Shown here in pieces: positions 38,301-52,900 of a stretch of 63,375 nt of DNA. The notes beneath the pieces were generated by a model, which was given only the letters and a program-made list of their open reading frames with translations, was not told where the DNA came from and ran no database searches. Every line of letters starts with the position of its first letter. The stretch's first letter is position 1. The DNA is from Ancylonema sp. (lineage: Eukaryota), in assembly GCA_050230475.1 (NCBI GenBank), contig JBFLGF010000020.1:62001-125375 (forward strand), read 5' to 3'. The translations under genes were made by a program, and so were the position numbers.

Positions 38301-41300
38301 AACAATTGTATTCAGATAACACCTGTTCTCGAACACCCCAAGATACCCCTGCCCCAGAAAACGACAAATCGGCAACACCCCACCTGCTGGAACCTGGGCA
38401 CAGCGCCTGACTCGACATCTGCGCCTGGCTTGGCATCTGCGCCTGGCTTGGCATTTGCGCCTGCCTTAAGATTTGCGCCTGCGCCTGAAATTTGCCGCTG
38501 TATGCGCCTCAGCGACCCCTCCTCCTCCCCCACCTCTCCCTTGCTGTGGGAAGCTGACGTGGCAGAACTCAAAGAAGAGATAGCTGCGCTGAAAAGAAGC
38601 TCAGACTGGGGGGGGAGAAGCAGAGGGGGGGAAGGTGGAGGGGGGAGGAGAGGGGGAGAGGGAGGAGAGGGGGAGAAGGAGGGAGAAGGGGAGGGGAGGG
38701 GGAGGTTGGAGGGGGTGGGGAGGGGGATCAAACCAGAAGAGTGATACGGAAGACACGAGTGAGTGTCCGATGGGGATGGGCAGAAAGAGGGGGAGGAGAC
38801 AAGCAGTGGAAAGAAGATGAAACGAACCCTAGAGATAAATCCACGATTCTTGATGATTTTACCCACCTCCTTCGCCCCCTTATATAATCTTTTCATGTAG
38901 TCGTTGTTCACATGTTGCTGCTCCGTACCCGTAACCGCGTCGTGGTGCTGGGAAATGGCCAGGGACTCCTCCAGGGCATCCGTGGTGGGTCCCACTGGGC
39001 TACGACCCACAAACACTTCGAGCTGACGACTCGCCTGGGGGGGGGCGAGGAGACAAGGGGGGGGGGGGAGGGGTTTGGGGGGGTGGGGGTTTTGAAGTTA
39101 GGGTTCAAGGGTTTGGGGTTGGATGAGATTAGAGTTTTTGGGACGGAGAGTGGGAGATGCATTGTGCTCTCTCTTATGTGGACTCGAAGAATTTATTGAG
39201 CGAACGATGTTTTATCGAGCGAAGTATCGATTCCGTGAATTTATGTGAAGTAGCGATGATTTGGACAAGGGGAAAGTAGCTTTTGAGATCGTTGACACGT
39301 AGACTCGATCGCAGTTTGCTCGTCTCTCCTTCACTGAAGCTTTCCGCTGTCTTTCACTCTTCGTCTTATGTCATCACAGTAGTTCGCACGTGTCTACTCT
39401 TGGTTTCCATAAGGAGATGTAGTAGCAAGAATCTATTTTGATACATAATAATGATGTGTAATGATGATGTATGATAACAATGTATAATAATAATGATGTA
39501 TGATGATGATGTGTGGTAATGATATATAACAATGATGTATGATAATGATGTATAATAACGATACATAATAATCATGATGTATGACATTGATGTGTAGTAA
39601 TGATACATAACAACGTCGTATGATAATGATGCGTAGTAGTGATACATGACAATGTCGTATGATACTGATGTGTAGTACTGATTCATAACAATGTCGTATG
39701 ATAATGATGCATAGCAACCATCCCCTGACCTGCAAGAATGGCGTGAGCGACCTCACGTATCCCTTGATCGACGGCCGGCTGGTGAAGTACCCCGTCCAAT
39801 AAGAATGAAGGCTGTCCGCGTACCTGCGTGACACGTGGCACCCGGCACCCGCCCCCACGTCACACCCGCACGTGCGTGACGTCATCGCCGGCCCAAAAAA
39901 CATGAGCGACGTACAAAAAACACACACACAAGAGGTTTTCATTCCCCCCCCACACCCTTTTTTTTTAAAAAAAAAAGTCCCCTCCCCCCCCCTCTCACGG
40001 GAAGAAGTCTTTTTCCTTCAAGGGCCATTCCTCACTAGCCGCATGTTTTTGGTCGAGGTAAATGGAGGGGGTGGAGTAAAACGCGTTCACCCGCCCGTCT
40101 TTGTTGACGTAGTGAATGAGTTTGTCCATGTTGGTGAACCACGTCTGCGCGTTGCTGAACGCGAAGTCGTCCCCCATGGCCCACATCACGTCATCCGTGC
40201 GAAATTGAGCAGCCTGGAGGGAAAGGAAGGGGACAAGGAGTGGGTGGATGGTGGGATGTGTGGGGGTAGGCATGCGTGTACGTATAGATGAATGTACGTA
40301 TGTATGTATATCTGTATGTGTACATGTATGTCTGTATAAATGCGTGAATGTATGAATGTATGCATGTATGCAATTATATGTGCATGACTATATGCATGTG
40401 TATATGCATGGGCATACTCTATGTACATTCAAATATGGATGAGTGTACGTGATCTTTTTGTAGAGAGCAATGTTGTATGCACACATTTATCTACATATGT
40501 ATGTGTACATGCATATATGAATGTATGCATGGTCATACATGAGGATGCATTCATGTGCGCATTTGTGTACATATGTCTATCTGTATGCCCGTACGTATGA
40601 CTGTCTATATGTAATTATATATAATTATATATGTAATTATATATGTCATTATATATGTCATTATATATGTCATTATATATGTAATTATATAGGTAATTAT
40701 ATATGTCATTATATATGTCATTATATATGTAATTATATATGTTGTATATCGAAGTCTGTATTAAGGTACAAGTTTGTGCATGGATTGCACGTTCATAATC
40801 CCGAATTTCCAAAGACAAATCACATTTTTTTTTATAGTTGTTTCTATTTAGTAATCCGTGTTGCATGCATGTACCCATCCATACATACATGTCCACGGGC
40901 CCCTCCCCATTCTCACAGTTCCCATGGCTGCCTCCACGAACTCATCCACACGCACGTCCACATTCATGTCGAAGAGACGGGGGTCGTCCTGAGGACCAAC
41001 CAGAACCCACGAACAGGAAAGTCAAGCCCCATGCAACAGACACTCGTTCGACCGTCACTGCCAACTCGGCCGACTTTTGCCTAACGCCGCCGACTTTTGC
41101 CAATTCATGCCCACTTTTGTCAATTTATGCCCACTTTTGCCGACTCTTTCCACTATCACGTTCTCGTTTTCGATACTGCGGACTTTTCCTCAAAAGCTTT
41201 TATAAAGTACACTTGGCATTCGCCTACTGTTGTCAAGTTCTGCCGATGTTTGTTCACTTCATCGATTTCTGCCTGCATTTGCGCCTTCGCCTCCATTTGC

Positions 41301-44028
41301 GCCTTTCTGTAATACCTGGATGGGTGCGTCCTCCGTGTTGATATCCCACCGGAACCCATCTGGGGGATCGTAGTGGTGGTGCATTGCGCCGCCGAAAATC
41401 TGAAGAAATGGCAAAATGGGGAAATGGAGAAATGGCAAAATGGGGAAATGGGGAAATGGGGAAATGGGGAAATGGGGAAAGGAGGATACGGGGACATCAG
41501 CAAATGGGAAATGGGGATATGGGGAAATGAGGAAATGGGGAAATGGCGAAATGTAAAAAAGTGACGATGTGCATACAACAAACATATAGCACAAATCGCG
41601 AGATGGCCAGATAACAATTGCACGGTTAACAATTAGCCGGTTGACCATGTGGTAAGAAAATTTATAAAGGGAAGGGAAGATCAAAAGGAGATAAAAAGGA
41701 GTAGTATTGATTAAAGGCACAAACTTCCGAGTTCAAGATTATACAGTTGATTACCTGTGCAGAGGCCCCTAGAGACCTCGACCCCCTCCAAATGAACTCC
41801 ATACTTTTATTCCTCCGCCTCACGGCAATGTCCTGGTAATCGGCTCTCGAAAAAAACAGGGCGTCGAAACCAACCTGCGCCACGCATCCCCGACCCCACC
41901 CCCACCCCCAACCCCGAGTGCAAACTGAATTCTCTCCACAAAGATCTGAATGTATTCAAATCCGGAACCCACGAATGGTTGCCTTCTCAAACATACACCA
42001 CGTGAAAAGCTCCCGAAAAGTGAACACTTCAATGTCCCTAAACTTGTAACCTACATTGTGAAGGAGAAAAAAACTTTCATACCCTTTCGTTATGAACAAA
42101 GATCGAAGTAACAAACCGAGAAAGAGCTTCAAGTACGGAAGCGAGAAAGAAGGCCCTTGATTCCCACAACCCACCCCTCCCCCACCCTCTCCCCCCTGCC
42201 CCCCCAATCCCCAATCCCCACCCCCCCCCCCCCCCCCGCCCACCCCCCAAACCTTCCTCTTCCCCCCCCCCCCCCCTTACTTCGGCCGCTAACAGATAAG
42301 CCTGCACGGCAGAATGCCCAAACGGGTCCAGCTGCCATCCTACACGTGGCGCAGCCTCCTCCCCAAACTGAGCGCGGATATAACGGTGACCCAAACTCGT
42401 TTGGTCGATCATGTCCAAGTAATGAGTGGTAGCTTCGTCGTGCATGCACCAACCGCCGTTGCTGGGGGGGGGGAAGGTGGGGGAGGGGGTGGGGGGGGGG
42501 GAGGGGGGGGAGGGGGAGGGAGGAGTACAGGAAGAAGGAAATAGTCGAAAGGCATTTCTTTTAGAGGTGCACTTTTTTGATCGGGTACTTTTTTGTGCGT
42601 TTATGGAGGGTAAGCTTTCAACATAAGATTGACTCTGAATTCAACCTTCACTACAGGCACACTTCGATTGTGGAGTACAAGGCACACGTTACAATTCTCA
42701 TAGTTAGATGCTTTCACAGAAACTGTGCTAATACAGAGGGCAGAATACGCAGGAATGATAAGTCTTATTCGCCATATCCTGGAGCCGTAGTCAAGGATGT
42801 GCCTATACAGTAGGTGCCTCTACAGAGGTTTGACTTGTACTCTGGTCCCAGTTTACACTATGTGGCCTTGGAAAGTGCAGAATATGGAAGATATTTGTAC
42901 TTCGAACCCAAGTTATAGTGAGGGATAGAGGGAGTGTGCCTATACATCGAGGTGCCTATTGGGAGGGGCGGCCATACGTGAATTCGAGCTGTTTGGTTGT
43001 GACGAGTTTTCTGACGGAGGCTCTCTTGGACTCGCACTGTTCGCTCCACCAACGCTGGAAGAATGCCTGGGAGAAGGAAAGGACAGGTGGCAGGCAATCA
43101 TTGGGGGGGGAAGGGACAGGTGGCAGGCAATTATTGGGGGGGGGAGGGGAGAGAATCGGACAGCTGGCGCACTGCAGAAACTATGGGAGGAGGACGAGTG
43201 GCCCCATACTCTTTTTTTTTTCCCAAACCGTCTAGCAACCATCCCCAACTTCTCCTGCACTAATGTGGAATCTTCCATGAGATTTCTAGGAAGCTTCCTG
43301 GACGCTCCCTCACCTGCTCCGTCCAGACAAATTTCCGGTCAGGATTCTCTTCCAGCTTCACGATCACGGAGTCCAGGATGTACTTCACGGTCGCCACCTG
43401 GCACGGCGCAATTGGGCGCTATCAGTTATCAGGGCGCAAGTGGAGAGAAATCAGGCACATGTCCTGCATTGTGCCTCGACGAAGTCCATTTGTTTTTATG
43501 TTTTTTTGCGGCTGCACACCCCTGTGTAACGGGGTTTCATGTCCTTAAATAAAAAATAATAATCCCAAAGGTAAACAAGATTTCGAAAGTGACACCCCCC
43601 CTTGACTGCAGATGCCGCTTCCAATTTACGTCAGTAAAAAGTAAGAGTTTTTGTGAAGGCTCTGTAGGCTCTTGTACTTGCATTCAGTCTTTGTATTGGC
43701 TTCATCCGTACAGCAGGGCTGTGTGCGTCACGCTCTAAGTACATTAACTGGCTTCATCCGTACAGTCTCAAGAAAATGCGGACCCTCCTTGTTGAATTTC
43801 GCCAGAATTCGCGTCTACCTGAATGGAATTATTCGTCCCAATGTAGTATTGGTCCACGGTTTTGAGCCAACCCACGTCAGCATGCGTGTGAGCCACCAGG
43901 TGCACATTCAGCTTGCCTTTCACAGGGCCCGCATCCGTGTGGTACTGGTGGCATTGCTGCGCGGAGACAGCTGTCAATGCAGTCGAAATGGTAAGCGCCA
44001 CCAGCCAGCCCATTCGAGAGAGAGCCAT
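32391..44028 (-). CDS. Alpha-mannosidase, glycoside hydrolase family 38 (vacuolar/lysosomal type), ~1084 aa, 25 exons
   Basis: Phase-consistent GT-AG exons: 44028-43819, 43397-43314, 43066-42978, 42461-42281, 41874-41755, 41399-41316, 40988-40917, 40213-39999, 39823-39730, 39034-38867, 38605-38384, 37866-37801, 37652-37596, 36997-36760, 36341-36205, 36109-36035, 35775-35713, 35250-35179, 34865-34818, 34738-34616, 34504-34439, 34270-33941, 33794-33687, 33474-33358, 32606-32391. Motifs: signal peptide, [77 protein letters not shown]. Confidence 0.95.
35938..36032. repeat. Intronic (GCCATTTCT)n minisatellite
   Basis: About 10 copies directly abutting the splice donor at 36034. Confidence 0.9.
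36379..36487. repeat. Intronic (CTGAAC)n microsatellite
   Basis: About 17 copies. Confidence 0.95.
40607..40742. repeat. Intronic 12-bp (TAATTATATATG)n minisatellite
   Basis: About 11 copies. Confidence 0.9.
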
Positions 44029-47000
44029 GCCGCAATCCAATTTACAATGAAATTCTACAAGGGGAGTAAAATGTTCTCCTACTTCAGTCTCTTACTCCAA
44101 AAATCTCTGACCGAATTATACGAAATAAATTGCGCGGATTCTCGAAGCCGATGGTATCTGCGCAAAGCTCCAAAAGTGCGCATTTGCTTCCCGCAGGAAA
44201 CAAATTGAACAACCTTGGAAGCACGCTGCTTGCCTGCTTACTGTTTTCTGAACAAAAATAACCACTTCAGGTACCCATTCTTGCCCAGGCGACGTTTGCC
44301 AACTCATGTCTGCTGCACTGTACACGTGTCACATAGAGTGAAAAGGCGTCATGACTGGACAAATCTGTACGGCTGTAGCGGTTACGACGGCAGTTTGACA
44401 AATAGGAGACCGATCCTGGACGGTCAGATCTGAATGTATCGCTGCTTCAGGTGTTGCTGACGTGTAAGGGCGCGTAGTTGGTACAATGTCCTTGCTCGGA
44501 AGACCAGGGTCCAGGATTCAAGATCCAGGGTCCCAAGTGAGGTGGACTCTGGAGCGCCGCATCCAAAATGGATGGTTGCGGCGGAACTGCGCAGCCCAAT
44601 GCCATACGAGCTTGCGGTGGCTACACTGTGAGTTTTCCGGGCTGTGGGCTGTAAACTTTCTGCGCATGTTGCGCCGGCAGCAACGATCCCAAATGCGTTG
44701 CGCCGCAATGCGTCCTCGATTCGCTTGAATCGCCCTCAAGTTTAGACTTGTCATGGCGGGGTACTGTCCCACTGAGGAAAATCTTCGTGTCTTCCGTGTC
44801 CGTGTATGGTCCGTGTCCGGTATTCTGGAATACACGGTATCCCAACCTACGCTGCACCCTGTACTCTGACGCGAATATGGCGGGCCGTGAACGAGTTTGG
44901 TACGTCAGATTACGTGTTGATTCAGAATACCGTACCGTGTTTACGTACTCGTTCTGAATCCTCGCTTGCCCCTTATAACGAGAGCCTCAAATCAAAGAGT
45001 GATTATGTGTCACATGTGCCCCACCTCCTCCCCATACCCGCACCAACCCACCCCCGACCAAGTTGAACCCTAGACCAGAAACTCTAAACCCCTACTTTGG
45101 CCATCCAGGAAACCGTACTCCAGAACCCCGGCGGTCCCTTTCGCGAAGTCCAAGCTACTGCTGCTGCGTATCTAACCAGGGTGGCATCTGCATTCCGGCG
45201 TCCTGAGTAGGGTTTCGGGTTCAGATATCAATTCCGTCCTGGCAGGGCAAGAGTATTTGCCTGTCGGGATGCCACGTGTCAGTCGTTCGGACGTTCATGG
45301 GGGGTAGATTCTGGTGGAGGATGTGAATGGGGGGAGTGGAATTTTGGGAGGTTGGAGGTAGGGGGTTGGGGGAGGTGATAGTGGAGGGGGAGGGACCATA
45401 GACCAGGGCCCGTCCTCGTAAAGGCACCCTCCGTACAGGCACACCCTCTATGAAGGCCGCACCTCCTGGCAGCCGGAGTCTACGGATTTTATAGATTCCA
45501 CCTTCTGTACAGGCACACAACTGTGTGCTTTTAGGGAGGCATGACTGTACGGCCACAAATGGGGGTGAGGTGGCAGCATAAGAATAGAAGGGGATCTCTG
45601 CCCCCACCGCTTCAATCCCCCTCCATCCCCAAGTTCACTTTCAGCAGAGGTGAAGGGGGGAGGCTCGGGAACATTGAGAAGGGTGAGGCTGGGGGGTTGG
45701 GATTAGGGTGGGGGTTGGGAGGAGAGGAGAAGGGGTGGGAGGGATACAGGTGGCAGTGGGCGGATAATGATGGAGAGGGGTTCATCATTTATGTCACTAG
45801 ATATGATAAATGGACCCCAACCCACGTGGTTGGCTAGCGGGTGGAGGTAGAGTAATTGATCCACAACTCTCTGTGTATATTTATTTATAAGAGGGAGAGT
45901 GCATCCCCCACGTCCCACTTGATACTTTGAAGGCATGACACGTGGCACAAAGACGGCCTTGCTACTCAAAGCGGGGGCTCTTGGATGGTGCCACGTGGGA
46001 TTATGTGGGGCATATATAAGATCGGACTTCTCTGGCCGTCTGCCACGTGTCAATGGCAAAGACGAGCTCGTTCCAAATCCGCAACATTTGTTCACTAAAA
46101 ACTTAGAATCTGGTTGCCTGAAAATATTGTTGAGGATACTAAAGGATATGGGTGTAGCGAAACCGATTTAGTTTTCAGCAATCCACAAATGATCCTGAAT
46201 CTTTTCTTCACTTTCCTAGAGAACCTCTTAGGGTTCCTTGAGTGAAGTTAAATAGGGTACCCTACAAAATCATAACAGTTTTCTTACGTAAAACAATCCA
46301 ACAGTTTTTTTTTTTGTTTTTTTTTTTGTTTTTTTTGTTTTTTAATAAAGATTTTTATTGTATTTTATAGTTTTTATTAGTATTGTTTATAAAATAATAA
46401 AAAAGTTTTCAAAAGTTTTATTTTTGTGGCCAGTACGTTACATGTAGTCATATAAACGGTACATTAACATGGCTCCCTAGGTAATTTCGTTGACTTATAC
46501 ACCCACATGTGCGTATATGCAGTGGTGCTTATACAACGATGCTCTGACGTCACGCACTGTTTGGCGTCGTGTTTCTTTTGTGCCCAATTGCGGCATGTTG
46601 ATTCTCATTCTCCTTATCCGCATCTGAACAGGTTCATTGTACGGAAGCACGACTAAAAATTTGCAATCAGCACAATCTGGGTGCATCAGCATCGGATCAT
46701 TTGATCGGTCCTCTCTCTACCCCGTCATGCGCATGAACTGGTTCGAACCAGAGGCGGTCCTTTTTGGCCCAGAATCCCGATTGGTTGTTTAGGGTAATAT
46801 CTTTTTTTTAGATTTCTTAGTGGTTTTCCGTGGGAAAAATATCTGGAAACTTTTTCCTTTGTGGTTAGTTTTTTCTTTTGCATTGTGCAAAAATATACAA
46901 AATTTGTTTATCACAACGAATAAGGTATGGAAACATATAATGGTGAGGAATAGGAGGGTTTTCCAGAAACTGCACTAGTGATATTTTTTTTCACAACTGA

Positions 47001-48499
47001 ATCGGATTGACATGCCTTCTATCGTTCTTCTCATGTATTCTTGTGAAATAACAAATTAAAATGTTTCACTTCCAAATCTGAACATCAATAAAATATTAGC
47101 ATGCCATTTAGACAATTGTTGATAGAAGTTTCCTTTATTCACTTTTATACCCTACCAATAATATTCGACTTACATCTAATCAACTCTTCATGCATGAAAA
47201 CATGATGCAATATCTTTCGATTCAGCCAAGTGTATTTTCTGATACACTACACAACTCTACATACTTTCTGAAACAGAAAGTAGGCATTGCATCATAGTGA
47301 GATGATGCACACGAGTATCATTATTGAACTCCGATTTAACATATGGGTGATTACCATTCCCTCTCTATTTTGTCATCATATTGTGGACCCAAATGGAGGA
47401 GGATTCACGTTCGACAGAGCAATTTTACCGGCTTATCGTAGTGACCATACCTATAATACTATTGTACCGACCAAGGAAAATAAAGTTAGGCAAGCATGAA
47501 TTCGTTCAATTGTATGCTAAATGACAATGAATATGTATGCAGTGAGCTCAAAAACGATAATGACTAAGTATTTTGTGAACCCGAAAATCAATCTCCTTGA
47601 TCATTGTGCGGTTGGACAAGTACATTATATTGGTTTCTTTTTTGTAATTTTATAAAACAGGATTCCCGCGAAAAACGTGAATGGCAAATAAACCCTAATC
47701 GATCCCCAGTCCAACCGTAGTCCGAAAATATTTTACCAGTCAGTGCAACTATGGCAATTATGTGGTGCAACTATGGCAATTATCTGACTTAGAATCGGGA
47801 ATGTTATAATAACCACCAGAAATAGTGATGTGCCTCACAATCGAGACCGTCGTATTTCCTTGTCGCTTTCATGGGTTTTTTTAATGGTTATCGTTGCGGC
47901 GCCAAACTCCCGGCCACTAGAGTTCCCCTCTTTTAAATTCAATACATGCCTTTCTCCACATGTTTACTCCAACACAAATACGTCTGTGTGTGGAAGCCTA
48001 TTTGGGTATTTAAGCACGCGTACCGTAGTGGCCAAAGATAATAACCCGTATAATAAAAATGTTGGTGGGTCCGGTGACCCAACAACTTGACCCTAGCAAA
48101 CTTCATCAACTTGACGTATAGACTGAGATCGTACACTATCACCCTATCGCATACACAACATGCTCCAATCACCTCCAGACATGCATAAGAATGCATTCTA
48201 CCCATACTTCACATCATATGCCCAAAAAAAATAACTACAAGCCAAGGCGCGGAATGACGCTTGAGTGTCACGCACGATATGAATGTTGAGCGTGCCATGG
48301 ACTAAAACATTCCTACCACTCGATCGAAATCGTCATGCAACGGTTGAAAAACGACAAATACACGGGCGAAAGTCAAAAAGAGTAAGGGGAAATGTTCCCG
48401 AAAAGACGAGTACAATAAAACGTCTAGACACCTTAAGAGAGAAATTGCTAGAGGGGAACCAACGGGGTCGCAGAATGCGGCGTCGCTTTGGCCCGGACT

Positions 48500-49275
48500 C
48501 TGTAGCCGCACGCTCTAGGAGGGACTTCCGATATCCCTGCTTCATGGTGTGCACCATGCGCTCCGCCAAGCCGTCCGCTTGCGGGTGTTCGCGAGAGGGC
48601 AGCCGATGATCGATGAAATGTTCACTTAGTAACGTCTGAAATTCACCCTTAAACTCCGAGCCCTAGTCAGTGACGACTTCGGCTGGTGCCCCATACCGAC
48701 TCAAGACGAAGTCTAGGAAGGCATGAGCCACTCCCTTAGCTGACTTGTCTGGCACGGGCACCAGCTCGACCCACTTCGTAAAGTGCTCTATCATGACCAA
48801 TACATCTATCATGACCAATACATATAGATTTCCACGCTTAGTCACAGGCATAGGCCTAGCAAAATCCACACCCCAACGATAACCTAGACCACGAATGGGT
48901 AAAGGATGAAATTCACGCTCAGGATCTCGAAAAGAAGCCTTTGCACGCACACACGAATGACGGTTTGAGATTACAGTGCGCACATCATCACCCATCTTGC
49001 GCCACCAATGGTCCTTCTGAAGCAATTATTGAACCTTGTTGATACCAAAATGACCTAACTGCTGATGCACCTTAAGAATGAGAGGAAAGCGAGCAGCTGG
49101 TTCTAGCACGACAAGCATGATGCCACCCGGGAAAACCTTGTACAACACCCCTCCCAACCACCGATATCCTAGAGCTCGCCTGTACACCCGATTGCGGGTT
49201 GTGTTAAGGGCGCCTGGTGTGTGTCGATGGTGCTTGAGGAAGGCCAGCACCGGGATGTCCTCCCAAGGAATATTT
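48500..49275 (-). pseudogene. Ty3/Gypsy integrase remnant
   Basis: HQQLGHFG, WWRKM, GLGYRWGVDF, EHFTKWVEL, VVTD, QADGLAERMV; contains stops and a short tandem duplication (VLVMIDVLVMIE). Confidence 0.9.
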
Positions 49276-49990
49276 GGATAGCCATACCTTATGCTTGCTA
49301 GTCCAGTTGTAACCGGTTACTCCAACCGGGAGCAATATTCCTAGATGTGCTTATATGCGGGGCCGGGCACGGTTGTGTCCGGGCACCTGATGTGTTGTCA
49401 CGCTTGGTTTCGACAGTTAGAGTCGTTATTATCGATTGTCATGTTTGACGTGTCTTGATTGGTTTGATCTAGTCATGTCAGGAGTGTCCGGCATGTGCCG
49501 TTGACACGTAGATGAGTTGTCACTCAGGGATAGGCCGACGGTCAATTGTACCGACCGTCGGCACACAACGACATGTAAAGCGCATCGGGTATTACCATTA
49601 TAGGGTAAGTCGCTGGAACCAGCTGCTGCAGTCTTTAGTGGAGGAGGTTGCACTCTTGTTCCAACACCCCCTCCCAGTCGAAAGGAAAGGTGTGAGGGTA
49701 AGACGCCTCCCCAAGATGCTGCAGTTTCTAGTGGAGGAAACTGTACTCATGCTAAAGCACCCCCTCCGAGTCGTAGAATGTTGTTTGATGTTAGGGATGC
49801 ATGTACTAACCCCACGTCAGCAGTCACCAACTTGGTTGCAGCATGTGTAGTACCACTGCCGCACTCTGGTGGAGGCACCGCTTCCCTTCACTTTGCCATG
49901 ATGACTACCTTTGACGACCCGTCGCGCTCTAGATCAGCGCTCCTCTCCGTTCCCAACCCAGCCTGTTAGGCAAGTGCTCAGTCCCTGGTC

Positions 49991-52900
49991 ATGAATGAAG
50001 ACTATCAACCCCCAATACCTCCACGTTTGCGTAACATCATTGAATGGAAGCATATCACAGTCCCAAACCAGGCTGGTGTGTTCACATTAGATGGGTACCA
50101 GCCAGAAATTTGCATCTGGGATAGAGGAGCCAACAATGTCATGATAGGCAAAAGGGTTGTAGAAATGATGAAAATTAAAGATGAAGACTTGCATGCTGGC
50201 ATCAATTACACCATGGCATCTACAAAAACTGCACGTTTTCGTGGTGTCACAAAACGTAAAATGAAGGTCTGTCTAAATGAAGGAACACCAGATGAGGCTT
50301 GTGTGTACCTCCACATCCTGGTAGACAATGCAACCAGCTATGATGTTCTCATTGGTGCACACTTCACTCATCGTGTCACCAACAGTATGAATTTTCGCGA
50401 AAGTTATGTGGAATACAACCCAGACTTGAGCACTACAACCAAACGCACTGCCAGGTTTGCTATTGACCCGTATGCTACACCTGATCAGCAAACGCCAGGT
50501 GGCGAGGCAGCGCGTTTCCATTGCTATGCAAGTGATGATGGGCCAGAGATCAGCAACAAAGGCAAGATAGCTGCCATCTAACGCCTGGCGGACCAGTGGT
50601 ACGCAGAAAACGCCACTCGCGAGTCCTTGAGCGATCAAGAGTAGGCTGATGCTGCCACAACCTTTGTGCGAAGCTGGCTGCTGAACACGCGTGCTCTGCA
50701 CGTGCCCAGCCGGGACATCCCCGATCTCCAGCACCAGGTGGACACCCTTCTTTACAACACCACATTGGTAAAGGACTGTGTCCACAACCAAGGCCTCGGT
50801 GGAGGTGAGGGTCCCATGTCTCAACTCTGGCATCAACGCCAACAACTGGTAAGGTTGGCTATCCCCTTTCTGGAAACAATGCACCTAGACCTGGCTGCTA
50901 AGAAAGTAGTTGTTGCTCAGGAAAATATGCGCCGTGGTCTGATTCCTGCTCCTACACGTGTCGTAGCGCCTCGTCTTTCCACCTTTGAACAAGAACTTGC
51001 TTTGCTCAGCCAACGTGCTGGTATGCCATATGCTTTCCGTCAGATGCGTGCACGTCGTCAATGGATAGCTAGGTTGGATGCAGCGCAGCCAGCCGTGATC
51101 CCTGCACTAGTGTGGACAGGTCCTGAGCGCAATCGGGCCAACCCCATTTGTCAAGACCTCCGTCGACTCACCACACACATGCTCACCGAGGGAGTGCACG
51201 TGGTCGATTTTTTTTGCGGTGTGGGTTGCCCTCTGCTCACCGTAGCCCTGAGAGCCAACCTGAAGGTCAAAACCCTGACTGTGGTCGACACCAACCCCAA
51301 GGTGCATTTGGCAGCTCGCCAGTACGTAGCCAAGAAGAAGCTGCAATACCCGCACCTCCTGTCTGCCACAACCATCCAGGGCCTCGACGCACGTCTGCCC
51401 CGAGACATCCGCCTCATCCCCAACACTCAGATGGCCAATCTGGCTGCCACGTATGGTCCCATTGACCTCATATGGGCGGTTTTTCCTTGTCAACCATTCA
51501 GTGCAAGAGGACCTGGTAGGGGAACAAATGCCACTCGTTTTGGGTCCTTCATGGATTTGGTTCGTTTAATCAACTGGTGTCAGAATGAATAGGGGGGTAG
51601 GCCAGTGATATACTTGCTAGAGAATGTGGATGTGCGTGCGGATGCTCCGACTTTTGTCAAGCGTGCACATATTCAGATCCGCAGCTTCCTCGGCGAACCA
51701 TCCATCTGCATCGACGCAGCCACGCTCGGCGGCCTGTCTCACCGCTTCCGACGTTTCTGGACCAACTTGGCGGCTCCCAATCAGCTCCAACGTTGGGTCC
51801 CGGTGGAACATCCCCTCGCTGACCTCACCATGGTGCTCGAGGATTACCACCAACCTGCGTCTGTCTTCTTCTCGGATCAACCTCCACACCGCCTCGTCAA
51901 CGTGCGCGGCCAGCCCCGCCGAGTGCTCCCCACGTTGGTCTCCTTCGACAAGAGCACCGCCTTCAAGATGTCTCCCTCTGGCTAGCCAGGACCGGGGCAG
52001 CTCTACAACACCCTCACCAAGGTCTAGGAGAGTCCCACGGTGCGTGAGGCAGTGCTTCTCCTCGGCTTCGACCACGACGACACCGACGGCGGGCCTTTGG
52101 TGTCTCCCTTGGAACGTCTTCACATGCTGGACCAGGTCATCGACGGCAGCACCCTCTAATGGTTTGTAGCCATCCTGGGTTTCCTTCATCCTCAGTAGGA
52201 CACGTGCCCTACCCTCGGCGATGCCTCCGGAGGGTGAGTCGGAAAATCTGGGGGGGGGTGAGTCGGAAAAGGAAAGCCAGGACAAGGTATTGTATGTGGG
52301 GGGGGGGGTATGTGCAATATCAGGAAGAACTGCATTATGTAGGGGGTGAGTGTAAACAAGGTGAAGATGGATCTCAATATGTGGGGGGGGGTAAATCAAA
52401 ACTTTGATGCTTCCCCACCCATGGTGTTTGATGAAGAATTTGAACGGTTAGAACAAGCAACGCATGCATTGCCTGTTGAATTCCATGCCCTCCAGTACAA
52501 TGCCGAGGAAGGGGCGTTCTTTTATGATGGTACTGACATGCAAAACTACGACAAGGAACGTGAGGAGCGGCTTCACCTCCGCAAGGCGCAGTTGCTAGTC
52601 AACGATTGGACCCGCCGGCTCGCCCATGAGCAGTTGCTGCGGGAACAGCCCTTGCGCGACATGATTGACGACTAGCAGCCCATGATGGGTGCAGCTAGTG
52701 AGAAGGATGCATGAAAGCTGGGCAACCAGCTCTTCCCAGGTGAGAAAGAAGGTATGGTTTCCTTCCTTAAGAGTCATGTGGACTCGTTTGCTTATTCGAC
52801 AACTGATTTAGGAGGATTCACAGGGGAGGCAATGGAAATCCCCCTGACCACAGACAAACCCATCTTCAGAATGGGATTTTGTGGGAGAAAACAGTGGCAA

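Noticed and set aside
50666..52165. Bacterial restriction-modification or host DNMT gene
   Set aside because: Intronless and in frame with a retroelement protease and RT; no nuclease or host regulatory domains.
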